Part shown: piece by piece, positions 19,200-26,931 of the stretch | How the letters are laid out: every line of letters starts with the position of its first letter | How positions within the stretch are numbered: position 1 is the first letter of the stretch | Assembly: GCA_017531225.1 (NCBI GenBank) | Contig: JAFXLL010000014.1 | Span: 45,390-109,389, forward strand | DNA from: Bacteroidales bacterium | GTDB taxonomy: Bacteria > Bacteroidota > Bacteroidia > Bacteroidales > F082 | Reading direction: 5' to 3' | Length of the DNA: 64,000 nt | Translations under genes and position numbers: made by a program | Notes under the pieces: model-generated | Told to the model about the DNA's origin: nothing | Databases searched by the model: none | The model's input: only the letters and a program-made list of their open reading frames with translations

Positions 19200-20843
19200 A
19201 TGAAACGACACTTGCTTTCTTTTGTTTGGCTCCTGTTGCTGTGTTCCTGCCAACAGCAACCCGAAACGCTTTTTGTGGGTGACATTCCCTTTGTTCCAAT
19301 GGAAACGGAATCGTTGCCTGAAATGAACACGCCTCGCGCGGGCCATGCCTTAGTGTGGGCCGATGACCATATCTTAGTCGTGGGAGGACATACCACAGGA
19401 TTTGTGCCCACCCCAACGGCAGAGTATTATAAAAACGGAAAATGGCATCAGATACTCACGCTCTATCTGCACGACACCCCCTTTGCCCTTGTGCTGAAAG
19501 ACGGTGATGTATTGATAGGCGGTGGTTATGAAAAGGATTTCGGGGTAGGGCAGACTTGGGGAGTGGAATGTTATCATCCCGCCACACACAGCTTTGCGCC
19601 AAAATCCATCATGGACCGAAAACGGGCACATGCCAGTGCTTTGGAGTTGGAGCATGGCGAGATTGTGATCAGCGGAAACTGGTACACCACCGATGTCACC
19701 GAAATCTATATTGATTCCGTGGAAGCCCAATGGATTGACACGGCAGCGGACAATCGCAGCTACCCCTTTCTCCTACCTGTCACCAACGACAACGTATGGA
19801 TTATTGGTGGCACTTACGGGAGTTATGGAATGAGCACCCAAAATGTTGTTGACCAGACCAAAGGAGAGCCTTTTTCGGTGGATTTGTTGGCAGCATGGCT
19901 TCCCCAAACTCCAACGGACCGCAACGTACAGGCCGATGCCTATCGCTTAGCGGAACACACCTTCCTGATACCCGCTATAAACGCCGAAAGACAATGGGCT
20001 CCCATGCTTGTTGACAGCACAGGCTTCTCGCTGTTGTCCATGGAACAAGCGTTGCCAAAAGAGGGACCCTGGGGTTCCATCCAATATACGGGCTCGTTTT
20101 GGACGGATCCCGAAACAGGAACCGCATGGCTCATGGGTTTGGATGGGCAGCGTGTTTATTTGGCTGAAATCGCCTATCAACCAGCGCTTCAAGGCGGAAA
20201 GGCAAAGCTTTCCATGCATTACACACGGCCTTTGGAAGACCTACCAAGCGATCCCTATGAATTGCTGCTTCCCGACGGTAGTTTTGTGATCGTTGGTGGC
20301 AGGAATTGCTCCAATTTCATAAGCAGTGCTACGGTGTATGCCTTTTATCCCAATACACAACCCCAACAAAACAGGGTTTTGTTTGCCATGATCATAGGCT
20401 TGATGGTCTTAATCGGTTTGTGTTTGGCCATTGTAGTTAAAAAGAGAAAACATCAGAAAGAGACAACTCCCAAGGTCAAAGAGGAAGATCTGCCGATACA
20501 GGAAAAGACAGACTTGGGAGAAAAACTCAAGGCATTGATGGAAGAAAAGCAGCTCTTCCGGAACAAGGATTTGCGAATTGCCGACGTGGCCGCTGCCCTG
20601 GGAACCAACATCACCTACCTTTCGGCTTGCCTGAACGGTGAGTTGAACACGACCTTCCCCGCCTTTGTGACCGGTTACCGTATCCGTTATGCCCAAGAAT
20701 TGATGCGCAAAGTGCCCACGATGCGTCTTTCGCAGGTGGCAAAGGAGGCGGGTTTCACCAATGAAAAGACTTTTTTACGCACCTTCAAGACCTCGTGTGG
20801 AGTTACCCCTTCGGAATGGAAGCAGGAACACGGCGGTGATTAG
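19200..20843 (+). CDS. Transmembrane one-component regulator: lipoprotein signal, Kelch-like beta-propeller, TM helix, C-terminal AraC-type HTH
   Basis: 547 aa with lipobox LLLLCSC. Repeated hhh(V/I)GG motifs (HILVVGGH, VLIGGGY, IVISGNWY, VWIIGGTY, FVIVGGRN). TM segment VLFAMIIGLMVLIGLCLAIVV. AraC HTH: IADVAAALGTNITYLSACL...AGFTNEKTFLRTFKTSCGVTPSEW. Confidence 0.8.
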   Translation: MKRHLLSFVWLLLLCSCQQQPETLFVGDIPFVPMETESLPEMNTPRAGHALVWADDHILVVGGHTTGFVPTPTAEYYKNGKWHQILTLYLHDTPFALVLKDGDVLIGGGYEKDFGVGQTWGVECYHPATHSFAPKSIMDRKRAHASALELEHGEIVISGNWYTTDVTEIYIDSVEAQWIDTAADNRSYPFLLPVTNDNVWIIGGTYGSYGMSTQNVVDQTKGEPFSVDLLAAWLPQTPTDRNVQADAYRLAEHTFLIPAINAERQWAPMLVDSTGFSLLSMEQALPKEGPWGSIQYTGSFWTDPETGTAWLMGLDGQRVYLAEIAYQPALQGGKAKLSMHYTRPLEDLPSDPYELLLPDGSFVIVGGRNCSNFISSATVYAFYPNTQPQQNRVLFAMIIGLMVLIGLCLAIVVKKRKHQKETTPKVKEEDLPIQEKTDLGEKLKALMEEKQLFRNKDLRIADVAAALGTNITYLSACLNGELNTTFPAFVTGYRIRYAQELMRKVPTMRLSQVAKEAGFTNEKTFLRTFKTSCGVTPSEWKQEHGGD

Positions 20844-20909
20844 TCAGGTTCTATTTTCACCTGATATAAAAGTGCAATGATGATTAAGTATCTTTTCATG
20901 GCTACAAAG

Positions 20910-21653
20910 TTATTGTTTATTTGGTGCCCAAGCTACAAAAGGCGGGTTAGGATAGTCTTTTTTGTCGTATTCCAAAGGTTTCCCATCGCTGATTTTTAGA
21001 ACTTTTCCGCCGGCGGCGGTAAGTATGGCATCAGCGGCGGCGGTGTCCCATTCTTTGGTCTTACTGTAGCAGACGTATACATCGGCGGTGCCTTCAGCTA
21101 AACGGGCAAATTTCAAGCTGCTGCCCTGGGTGTCGATCACCAAATCGGGATGTTCTGGCCGCAACACCTTATCAATATATTCATCTACTTCGGGAGTTCT
21201 ATGGGAACGACTGACTAAAACGGTGAAAGGTGAGAGTTGAGAGTTGAAAGGTGAGAGGTTTGCTTGTAATAATTTGCCGTTTTCTGCTGCCCATAACTTA
21301 TCCAGCACTGGTGCATAGATGACGCCGATAACAGGTCGTTTGTTCTCAATCAAGGCGATATTTACTGTGAATTCATCATTGCGTTTCACGAATTCGGCGG
21401 TGCCATCCAAGGGATCCACCAACCAATAACGCCCAAACTGGGAACGATCAGACGGCAAGTCCTCCTCGCTGACAAAAGGGATCCCCGTCGGCTTCAAACA
21501 CTCCTTAATTATATTACTCGCCCGAAGGTCAGCTTGGGTCACTGGCGACTGGTCATCTTTCGTGTAAACCTCAAAAGGATGGGCATAAATTTCCATAATG
21601 GCTCGACCCGCCTTGCGAGCCGCTTCAATAGCCGTTAAAACCAATTTGTTCAT
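20910..21653 (-). CDS. cysQ: Inositol-monophosphatase-family protein, probably 3'(2'),5'-bisphosphate nucleotidase
   Basis: I use the internal start MNKLVLTAIEAARKAG (ATG at 21653); the longer track ORF would overlap topA. Motifs present: FVSEE, WLVDPLDGT, WDTAAADAIL. Confidence 0.72.
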   Translation of the reverse strand: MNKLVLTAIEAARKAGRAIMEIYAHPFEVYTKDDQSPVTQADLRASNIIKECLKPTGIPFVSEEDLPSDRSQFGRYWLVDPLDGTAEFVKRNDEFTVNIALIENKRPVIGVIYAPVLDKLWAAENGKLLQANLSPFNSQLSPFTVLVSRSHRTPEVDEYIDKVLRPEHPDLVIDTQGSSLKFARLAEGTADVYVCYSKTKEWDTAAADAILTAAGGKVLKISDGKPLEYDKKDYPNPPFVAWAPNKQ

Positions 21654-21706
21654 AACGCAAAAATAAAAAAATTCAAAAAAATTCACGCCATACGATTTTA
21701 TTCTAC

Positions 21707-21714
21707 TAATTTTG
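21707..21714 (+). promoter_or_regulatory. Candidate -7 box (TAATTTTG) for topA
   Basis: Matches TAnnTTTG, 49 nt upstream of the topA ATG. Confidence 0.4.
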
Positions 21715-21762
21715 CGGCCGAATTTGGGAGGAAAGCCCTCCTTGTTGAAATGAAGAAACGAT

Positions 21763-24105
21763 ATGACAAAAAACTTAGTGATCGTCGAGTCTCCAGCAAA
21801 AGCCAAGACTATTGAAGGATTTTTAGGAAAGGAATATACCGTTAAGTCAAGCTACGGACACGTCCGCGATCTGAACAAAAACACACTCAGTGTTAACATA
21901 GAAAAGGATTTTGAGCCTGAATATGAAATTAGTGACGACAAAAAAGCATTAGTCGCCGAGCTGAAAAAACTCTCTAACCAAGCCCAAACCATTTGGCTCG
22001 CATCCGATGAGGACCGCGAAGGAGAATCCATTTCATGGCATCTTTATGAGGCTTTGGATCTGAAAAATAAAGACACGAAACGTATTGTATTTCACGAGAT
22101 TACTAAGACGGCTATCCTTAACGCCATTGAGAATCCTCGTACCATCGACATGGACTTGGTGGCTGCTCAGCAGGCCCGTCGCGTGCTCGACCGTTTGGTC
22201 GGTTACGAACTGTCGCCGTTGCTTTGGAAGAAGGTGAAGCCATCACTTTCCGCTGGCCGTGTGCAATCCGTTGCCGTGCGTCTGATCGTGGAACGTGAGG
22301 AAGAAATCAAGAACTTCCAGCAAACCAGCTCCTATCGTGTGACGGCCCAGTTCTCGTTCATCCAAAACGGACAGGAACATACTATTGCCGCTGAGATGCC
22401 CACCCGTTTCGATACCGAAAAAGAAGCTCGCGCTTTTGTAGAATCGTGCATCGACGCTAACTATAAAGTGGAAAACATTGAAAAGAAACCGGCTTCAAGA
22501 TATCCGGCACCTCCTTTCACCACCTCCACCTTACAACAGGAAGCCGCCCGTAAGTTGGGATTTTCGGTAGCCAATACCATGCGTCTCGCCCAACAGCTCT
22601 ACGAATCAGGTAAAATCACCTATATGCGTACCGACTCTGTGAACCTCTCTTCGCTTGCTCTCGGCATGGCCAAGAAGGAAATCACCGAAAACTACGGTGC
22701 CGAATACGTCAAAACACGTCAATACCAGACTAAGACCAAGGGTGCTCAGGAAGCTCACGAAGCTATCCGTCCCACCTACTTGGACCAACATACTATTAAA
22801 GGTACCGCCGATGAGCGCCGTCTCTACGAACTCATCTGGAAACGTACCATCGCATCGCAAATGGCTGACGCTCAGCTTGAACGTACCAACGTCAATATCG
22901 GTATCTCATCGTCCGACAAGAAATTTACGGCTACCGGTGAGGTTATCCTCTTCGATGGATTCCTGAAGGTCTATATGGAGAGCTACGATGACGATCGCGC
23001 CGAGGACAAAATGAGCGTGTTGCCCCCAATCGAAGTCGGCATGAACCTCGACCTCGAGAAGATGGAAGCTCAGCAGCGCTATACCCGTCACCCATTGCGT
23101 TACACCGAGGCTAGCTTGGTAAAGAAGATGGAAGAACTTGGCATCGGCCGTCCTTCAACCTACGCACCGACCATCTCCACCATCCAGAAACGCGAATACG
23201 TTACCCGTGGCGACATCCCGGGTGTCACCCAGACTTTCAACGTGATCACTTTGAAAAACAACAAGATCACCGAGAAGACGGGTAAGGAAAACTATGGCGC
23301 CGAAAAAGGCAAGCTGTTGCCAACCGACATTGGCGTGTTGGTCAACCGTTTCCTCCTGCAATATTTCGAGAATATCATCGACTATAACTTCACCGCCAAC
23401 GTGGAGAAGGAATTCGACCAGATTTCCGAAGGCCAACGCGCTTGGAATAAGATGATCAAGGACTTCTACGGCGTGTTCCATAAGCAAGTGGTGAGCACTA
23501 CCGAGAATTCAGGCAAGTTCAGCGGCGAGAAGCTGTTGGGCGTGGATCCCGCAACAGGCAAGAACGTCTACGTGAAGGTGGGTCGTTTCGGTCCGGTGGC
23601 TCAGATTGGCGACACCGAGTCGGAGGAAAAGCCCCGTTTCGCAGGCCTCCGCAAGGATCAGAGCATCGATAGCATCACTTTGGAAGAGGTGCTGAAACTG
23701 TTCGAGTTCCCACGTATCTTGGGACAGTTCGAAGACAAGGAAGTGAGCGTTTCTGTGGGTCGTTTCGGTCCATACGTGAAGCACAACAATACGTTCTACA
23801 GCTTGGCCAAGACTGACAATCCGGCTACGATCGACATTGAGCGTGCCATTGAGATTATCGGTGAGAAACGCCAGAAGGATGTTGAAAACACCATTTTGAC
23901 TTTTGAAAATGATCCCGAAATGAAGGTGCTGAACGGCCGCTTCGGTCCCTACGTTTCTTATAAGAAGAAGAATTACCGCATCGCCAAGGATGTGGATCCC
24001 AAGTCGTTGACATACGATGACTGCCTGAAGTTGGTGGAAGCCGACCCCAAGGCTGCACCGAAGAAAGCGGCTCCCAAACGGAAAACGACAACCAAGAAAA
24101 AATAA
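21763..24105 (+). CDS. topA: DNA topoisomerase I
   Basis: 780 aa. Toprim N-terminus is MTKNLVIVESPAKAKTIEGFLG...SSYGHVRDL. Also present: DEDREGE, an active-site region around ITYMRTDS, and a lysine-rich C-terminal tail. Confidence 0.95.
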   Translation: MTKNLVIVESPAKAKTIEGFLGKEYTVKSSYGHVRDLNKNTLSVNIEKDFEPEYEISDDKKALVAELKKLSNQAQTIWLASDEDREGESISWHLYEALDLKNKDTKRIVFHEITKTAILNAIENPRTIDMDLVAAQQARRVLDRLVGYELSPLLWKKVKPSLSAGRVQSVAVRLIVEREEEIKNFQQTSSYRVTAQFSFIQNGQEHTIAAEMPTRFDTEKEARAFVESCIDANYKVENIEKKPASRYPAPPFTTSTLQQEAARKLGFSVANTMRLAQQLYESGKITYMRTDSVNLSSLALGMAKKEITENYGAEYVKTRQYQTKTKGAQEAHEAIRPTYLDQHTIKGTADERRLYELIWKRTIASQMADAQLERTNVNIGISSSDKKFTATGEVILFDGFLKVYMESYDDDRAEDKMSVLPPIEVGMNLDLEKMEAQQRYTRHPLRYTEASLVKKMEELGIGRPSTYAPTISTIQKREYVTRGDIPGVTQTFNVITLKNNKITEKTGKENYGAEKGKLLPTDIGVLVNRFLLQYFENIIDYNFTANVEKEFDQISEGQRAWNKMIKDFYGVFHKQVVSTTENSGKFSGEKLLGVDPATGKNVYVKVGRFGPVAQIGDTESEEKPRFAGLRKDQSIDSITLEEVLKLFEFPRILGQFEDKEVSVSVGRFGPYVKHNNTFYSLAKTDNPATIDIERAIEIIGEKRQKDVENTILTFENDPEMKVLNGRFGPYVSYKKKNYRIAKDVDPKSLTYDDCLKLVEADPKAAPKKAAPKRKTTTKKK

Positions 24106-24125
24106 TCATTTAAAAACTAAATAAC

Positions 24126-25160
24126 ATGGAGAAAAAAGACCTTCTGAAAGACGTTGTCGAACACATCGACATTAAGAAGTACGACTCAACCGAATTGATC
24201 AACGCTATGCGCAAGATGTCGTTCACCTCACGTGATACGGCCCGCGCCGCTGACATCCTCTGCCAGATGATTGCCGAGAAGGATTGCACCAACATCCTCA
24301 CCATCGCTGGTTCAACTTCAGCTGCCGGCTGCATGCAGGTGTACGTGGAGATGGTCAAGAACAAGATGGTTGACGCCGTGGTCAGCACCGGTGCCAGCAT
24401 CATCGACATGGACCTCTTCGAAGCCCTCGGTTACAAGCATTACATTGGCACCAAGGAAAACGTCATCCCCGACACCAAGCTGCGTGAACTCTACATCGAC
24501 CGTATCTATGATACCTTCATTGATGAGGAAGAGCTGCAGGCCTGCGACCAAGCTACTTGCGACGTGGCCGACACCCTCGAGTGCCGTCCTTACAGCAGCC
24601 GTGAGTTCCTCTATGAAGTGGGCAAATGGCTGGCCAACGGTCACGGTGTGAAGAAAGAAAGCCTTATCCAGACCTGCTACGAATGCGGCGTGCCGATTTT
24701 CTGCCCCGCCTTCAGCGACAGCTCAGCTGGTTTCGGTATCGGTAAGCACCAGTGGCTCCGCAAGAAAGCTGGTAAGCCTTACGTCAGCATCGATTCAGTG
24801 GCCGACTTCCTCGAACTCACTGAGATCAAGATGAACAGCCCCGAGAGCGGCCTCTTCATGGTCGGTGGCGGTACTCCTAAGAACTTCGCTCAGGACACCG
24901 TGGTTTGCGCTGAGATCCTCGGTCACGAGGTGCCCATGCACAAATATGCCATCCAGATCACTGTGGCCGACGTACGTGACGGCGCTTGCTCATCCTCAAC
25001 ACTGCTTGAAGCTGGTAGCTGGGGTAAGGTGAGCGAAGAGCTGCAACAGATGGTCTATGCCGAAGGTACTACCGTCATCCCCGCTATCGTCAGCTATGCC
25101 TACCACAACGCTCCTTGGCAAAAGCGTGAGTACAAGAACTGGCAGAAGCTCTACAAATAA
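24126..25160 (+). CDS. Deoxyhypusine synthase-like family protein
   Basis: 344 aa. The layout (ILTIAGSTSAAGCM..., VDAVVSTGASIIDMDLFEALG, MVGGGTPKNFAQD) matches DHS-like proteins as I recall them. Its stop overlaps the next start (TAATG). Confidence 0.75.
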   Translation: MEKKDLLKDVVEHIDIKKYDSTELINAMRKMSFTSRDTARAADILCQMIAEKDCTNILTIAGSTSAAGCMQVYVEMVKNKMVDAVVSTGASIIDMDLFEALGYKHYIGTKENVIPDTKLRELYIDRIYDTFIDEEELQACDQATCDVADTLECRPYSSREFLYEVGKWLANGHGVKKESLIQTCYECGVPIFCPAFSDSSAGFGIGKHQWLRKKAGKPYVSIDSVADFLELTEIKMNSPESGLFMVGGGTPKNFAQDTVVCAEILGHEVPMHKYAIQITVADVRDGACSSSTLLEAGSWGKVSEELQQMVYAEGTTVIPAIVSYAYHNAPWQKREYKNWQKLYK

Positions 25161-26335
25161 TGGACATCAGCATGTTCCTTGAGCCGGTGTCGGACAAGTG
25201 CTTCACCGCCAACGTCCGTCCCGGTAAAAACACCTTCGGGGAAACCCTCACCATCTTCCGCGATGAGGAGGATTTCCCCGCCCTTGAGGGCTTTCAACTG
25301 GCGCTGGTTGGCGTCAAGGAAGAACGCGGCGCTGTCGACAACCACGGCTGCGCCGACGGTGCCGATTACATCAGAAAGGCATTTTACAAACTTTTCAACC
25401 ACTGGGAAGACCTCAAAATCGTTGATCTCGGCAATATCAAGACAGGAAAAGAGATCAGCGACACCTATTATGCGCTCAATCAGGTGCTCACTGAGCTGCT
25501 GAAAGAGCATATCCTGCCTATCATCATCGGGGGTAGTCAGGACATGACATACACCATGTATCAGGTGTATGAACCCACCGGTAAATTGATCAATATCGCC
25601 ACGGTAGACCCGATTTTCGACCTGGGCAACGACAACGAAAGGCTTAACTCCCATTCTTATTTAAGCCACATCATACTGCATCAGCCAAACTTCCTTTTCA
25701 ACTTCACTAATATCGGCTATCAGTCGTATTATGTTGACAATGAAAGCATTGACTTGATGAAGCAGTTGTTGTTCGACACCTATCGCTTAGGTATTCTGAA
25801 ACAACATATCGAGTTAACCGAGCCACTGATCCGCAATGCCAACATCGTGAGTTTCGACATGGGTGCCATCCGTGCCGCCGACGCTCCAGGCGTGAAAAAC
25901 GCCTCGCCCAACGGCTTCAACGGTGACGATGCTTGCCAGATGACTCGCTATGCCGGCTTGAACTTCAAGCTTTCATCCATCGGTTTCTTCGAATACAACC
26001 CGCATTACGACATCAACTCACGCACTGCCAACCTGATTGCTGAGATGATTTGGTATTTCATTGAAGGCTTCAGCAGCCGTCAGGATGACATCCCGACCCA
26101 AGACAGTGAGGACTTTAAGCGCTATAACGTTCAGATTGGCGATGGCGAAGAAAACGTCATTTTCCTTTGCCATAAAGTCACTGGAAAATGGTGGATCGAC
26201 ATGTCGTTTATGCATGCCGACGACCCTCGTTATGAGCGGCATCACTACATTCCATGTTCCGTGGAGGATTACGAGCAAGCCATGCGCAATGAGCTGCCCG
26301 ACAAATGGTGGCAGTTCTATCAGAAACTGATGTAA
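25160..26335 (+). CDS. Arginase/agmatinase/formimidoylglutamase (ureohydrolase) family protein
   Basis: 391 aa. Motifs IIIGGSQDMTY and IVSFDMGAIRAADAPG resemble the metal-binding motifs of the ureohydrolase fold. The gene is translationally coupled to the DHS-like gene. Confidence 0.7.
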   Translation: MDISMFLEPVSDKCFTANVRPGKNTFGETLTIFRDEEDFPALEGFQLALVGVKEERGAVDNHGCADGADYIRKAFYKLFNHWEDLKIVDLGNIKTGKEISDTYYALNQVLTELLKEHILPIIIGGSQDMTYTMYQVYEPTGKLINIATVDPIFDLGNDNERLNSHSYLSHIILHQPNFLFNFTNIGYQSYYVDNESIDLMKQLLFDTYRLGILKQHIELTEPLIRNANIVSFDMGAIRAADAPGVKNASPNGFNGDDACQMTRYAGLNFKLSSIGFFEYNPHYDINSRTANLIAEMIWYFIEGFSSRQDDIPTQDSEDFKRYNVQIGDGEENVIFLCHKVTGKWWIDMSFMHADDPRYERHHYIPCSVEDYEQAMRNELPDKWWQFYQKLM

Positions 26336-26346
26336 TCCATCCAATT

Positions 26347-26931
26347 ATGGTGGAAGTCGAGAAAATCATATTAGGCATCGACCCAGGCACTATGGTGATG
26401 GGTTTTGGCTTGGTGCAACAAAAATGCAAGGAGCTGAGTATCATTCGTATGGATGTCATCAAGCTCAACAAACTGCCCAACCAAGCTATGAAGCTGAAGA
26501 TGATTTTCGAAAAAATGTTGGAGCTCATCGACGAATATCACCCTGATGAATTGGCCATTGAGGCACCGTTTTTCGGCAAAAATGTCCAGTCTATGTTGAA
26601 GTTAGGAAGGGCTCAGGGCGTGGCTATGGCTGCCGCTTTGTATCGCGACATTCCCATCTTCGAGTATGCCCCACGTACCATCAAGCAAACCATCACAGGC
26701 AACGGTAGCGCCTCGAAAGAACAGGTTTCAAAGATGCTTCAAGCCATGTTGCATTTTGGCGAGATGCCGAAGTATTTCGATGCCACTGACGCTCTGGCTG
26801 CTGCCGTCTGTCATTACCTCGACCGAGGCAAGGACGTCAACTACACTAAGCCGAAACATAGCCGCAAATCGGCCAGTTCGCAATGGGCCCAGTTTGTGCA
26901 ACAGAACCCCGACAGGCTGTCAAAGCCGTGA
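26347..26931 (+). CDS. ruvC: Crossover junction endodeoxyribonuclease RuvC
   Basis: Start is MVEVEKIILGIDPGTMVMGFGLV (ATG at 26347, inside track ORF 26305..). Also present: ELAIEAPFFGKNVQSMLKLGRAQGVAM and DATDALAAAVCH. Confidence 0.9.
   Translation: MVEVEKIILGIDPGTMVMGFGLVQQKCKELSIIRMDVIKLNKLPNQAMKLKMIFEKMLELIDEYHPDELAIEAPFFGKNVQSMLKLGRAQGVAMAAALYRDIPIFEYAPRTIKQTITGNGSASKEQVSKMLQAMLHFGEMPKYFDATDALAAAVCHYLDRGKDVNYTKPKHSRKSASSQWAQFVQQNPDRLSKP

Noticed and set aside
18696-19346. Long N-terminal extensions offered by the ORF track: 18696..19346, 20910..21806, 10746..15062, 26305.., 41116..41619, 58316.., 58884.. and 60865..
   Set aside because: - In each case an internal Met gives a canonical N-terminus (signal peptide, lipobox, zinc ribbon or family-typical start).
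- The internal start also removes overlap with promoter DNA or neighbouring genes.
21658-21665. TATTTTTG box 5 nt upstream of the cysQ-like ATG
   Set aside because: - It is too close to the start codon to serve a leadered mRNA.
- It could imply a leaderless transcript, but chance occurrence in an A-rich tract is more likely.
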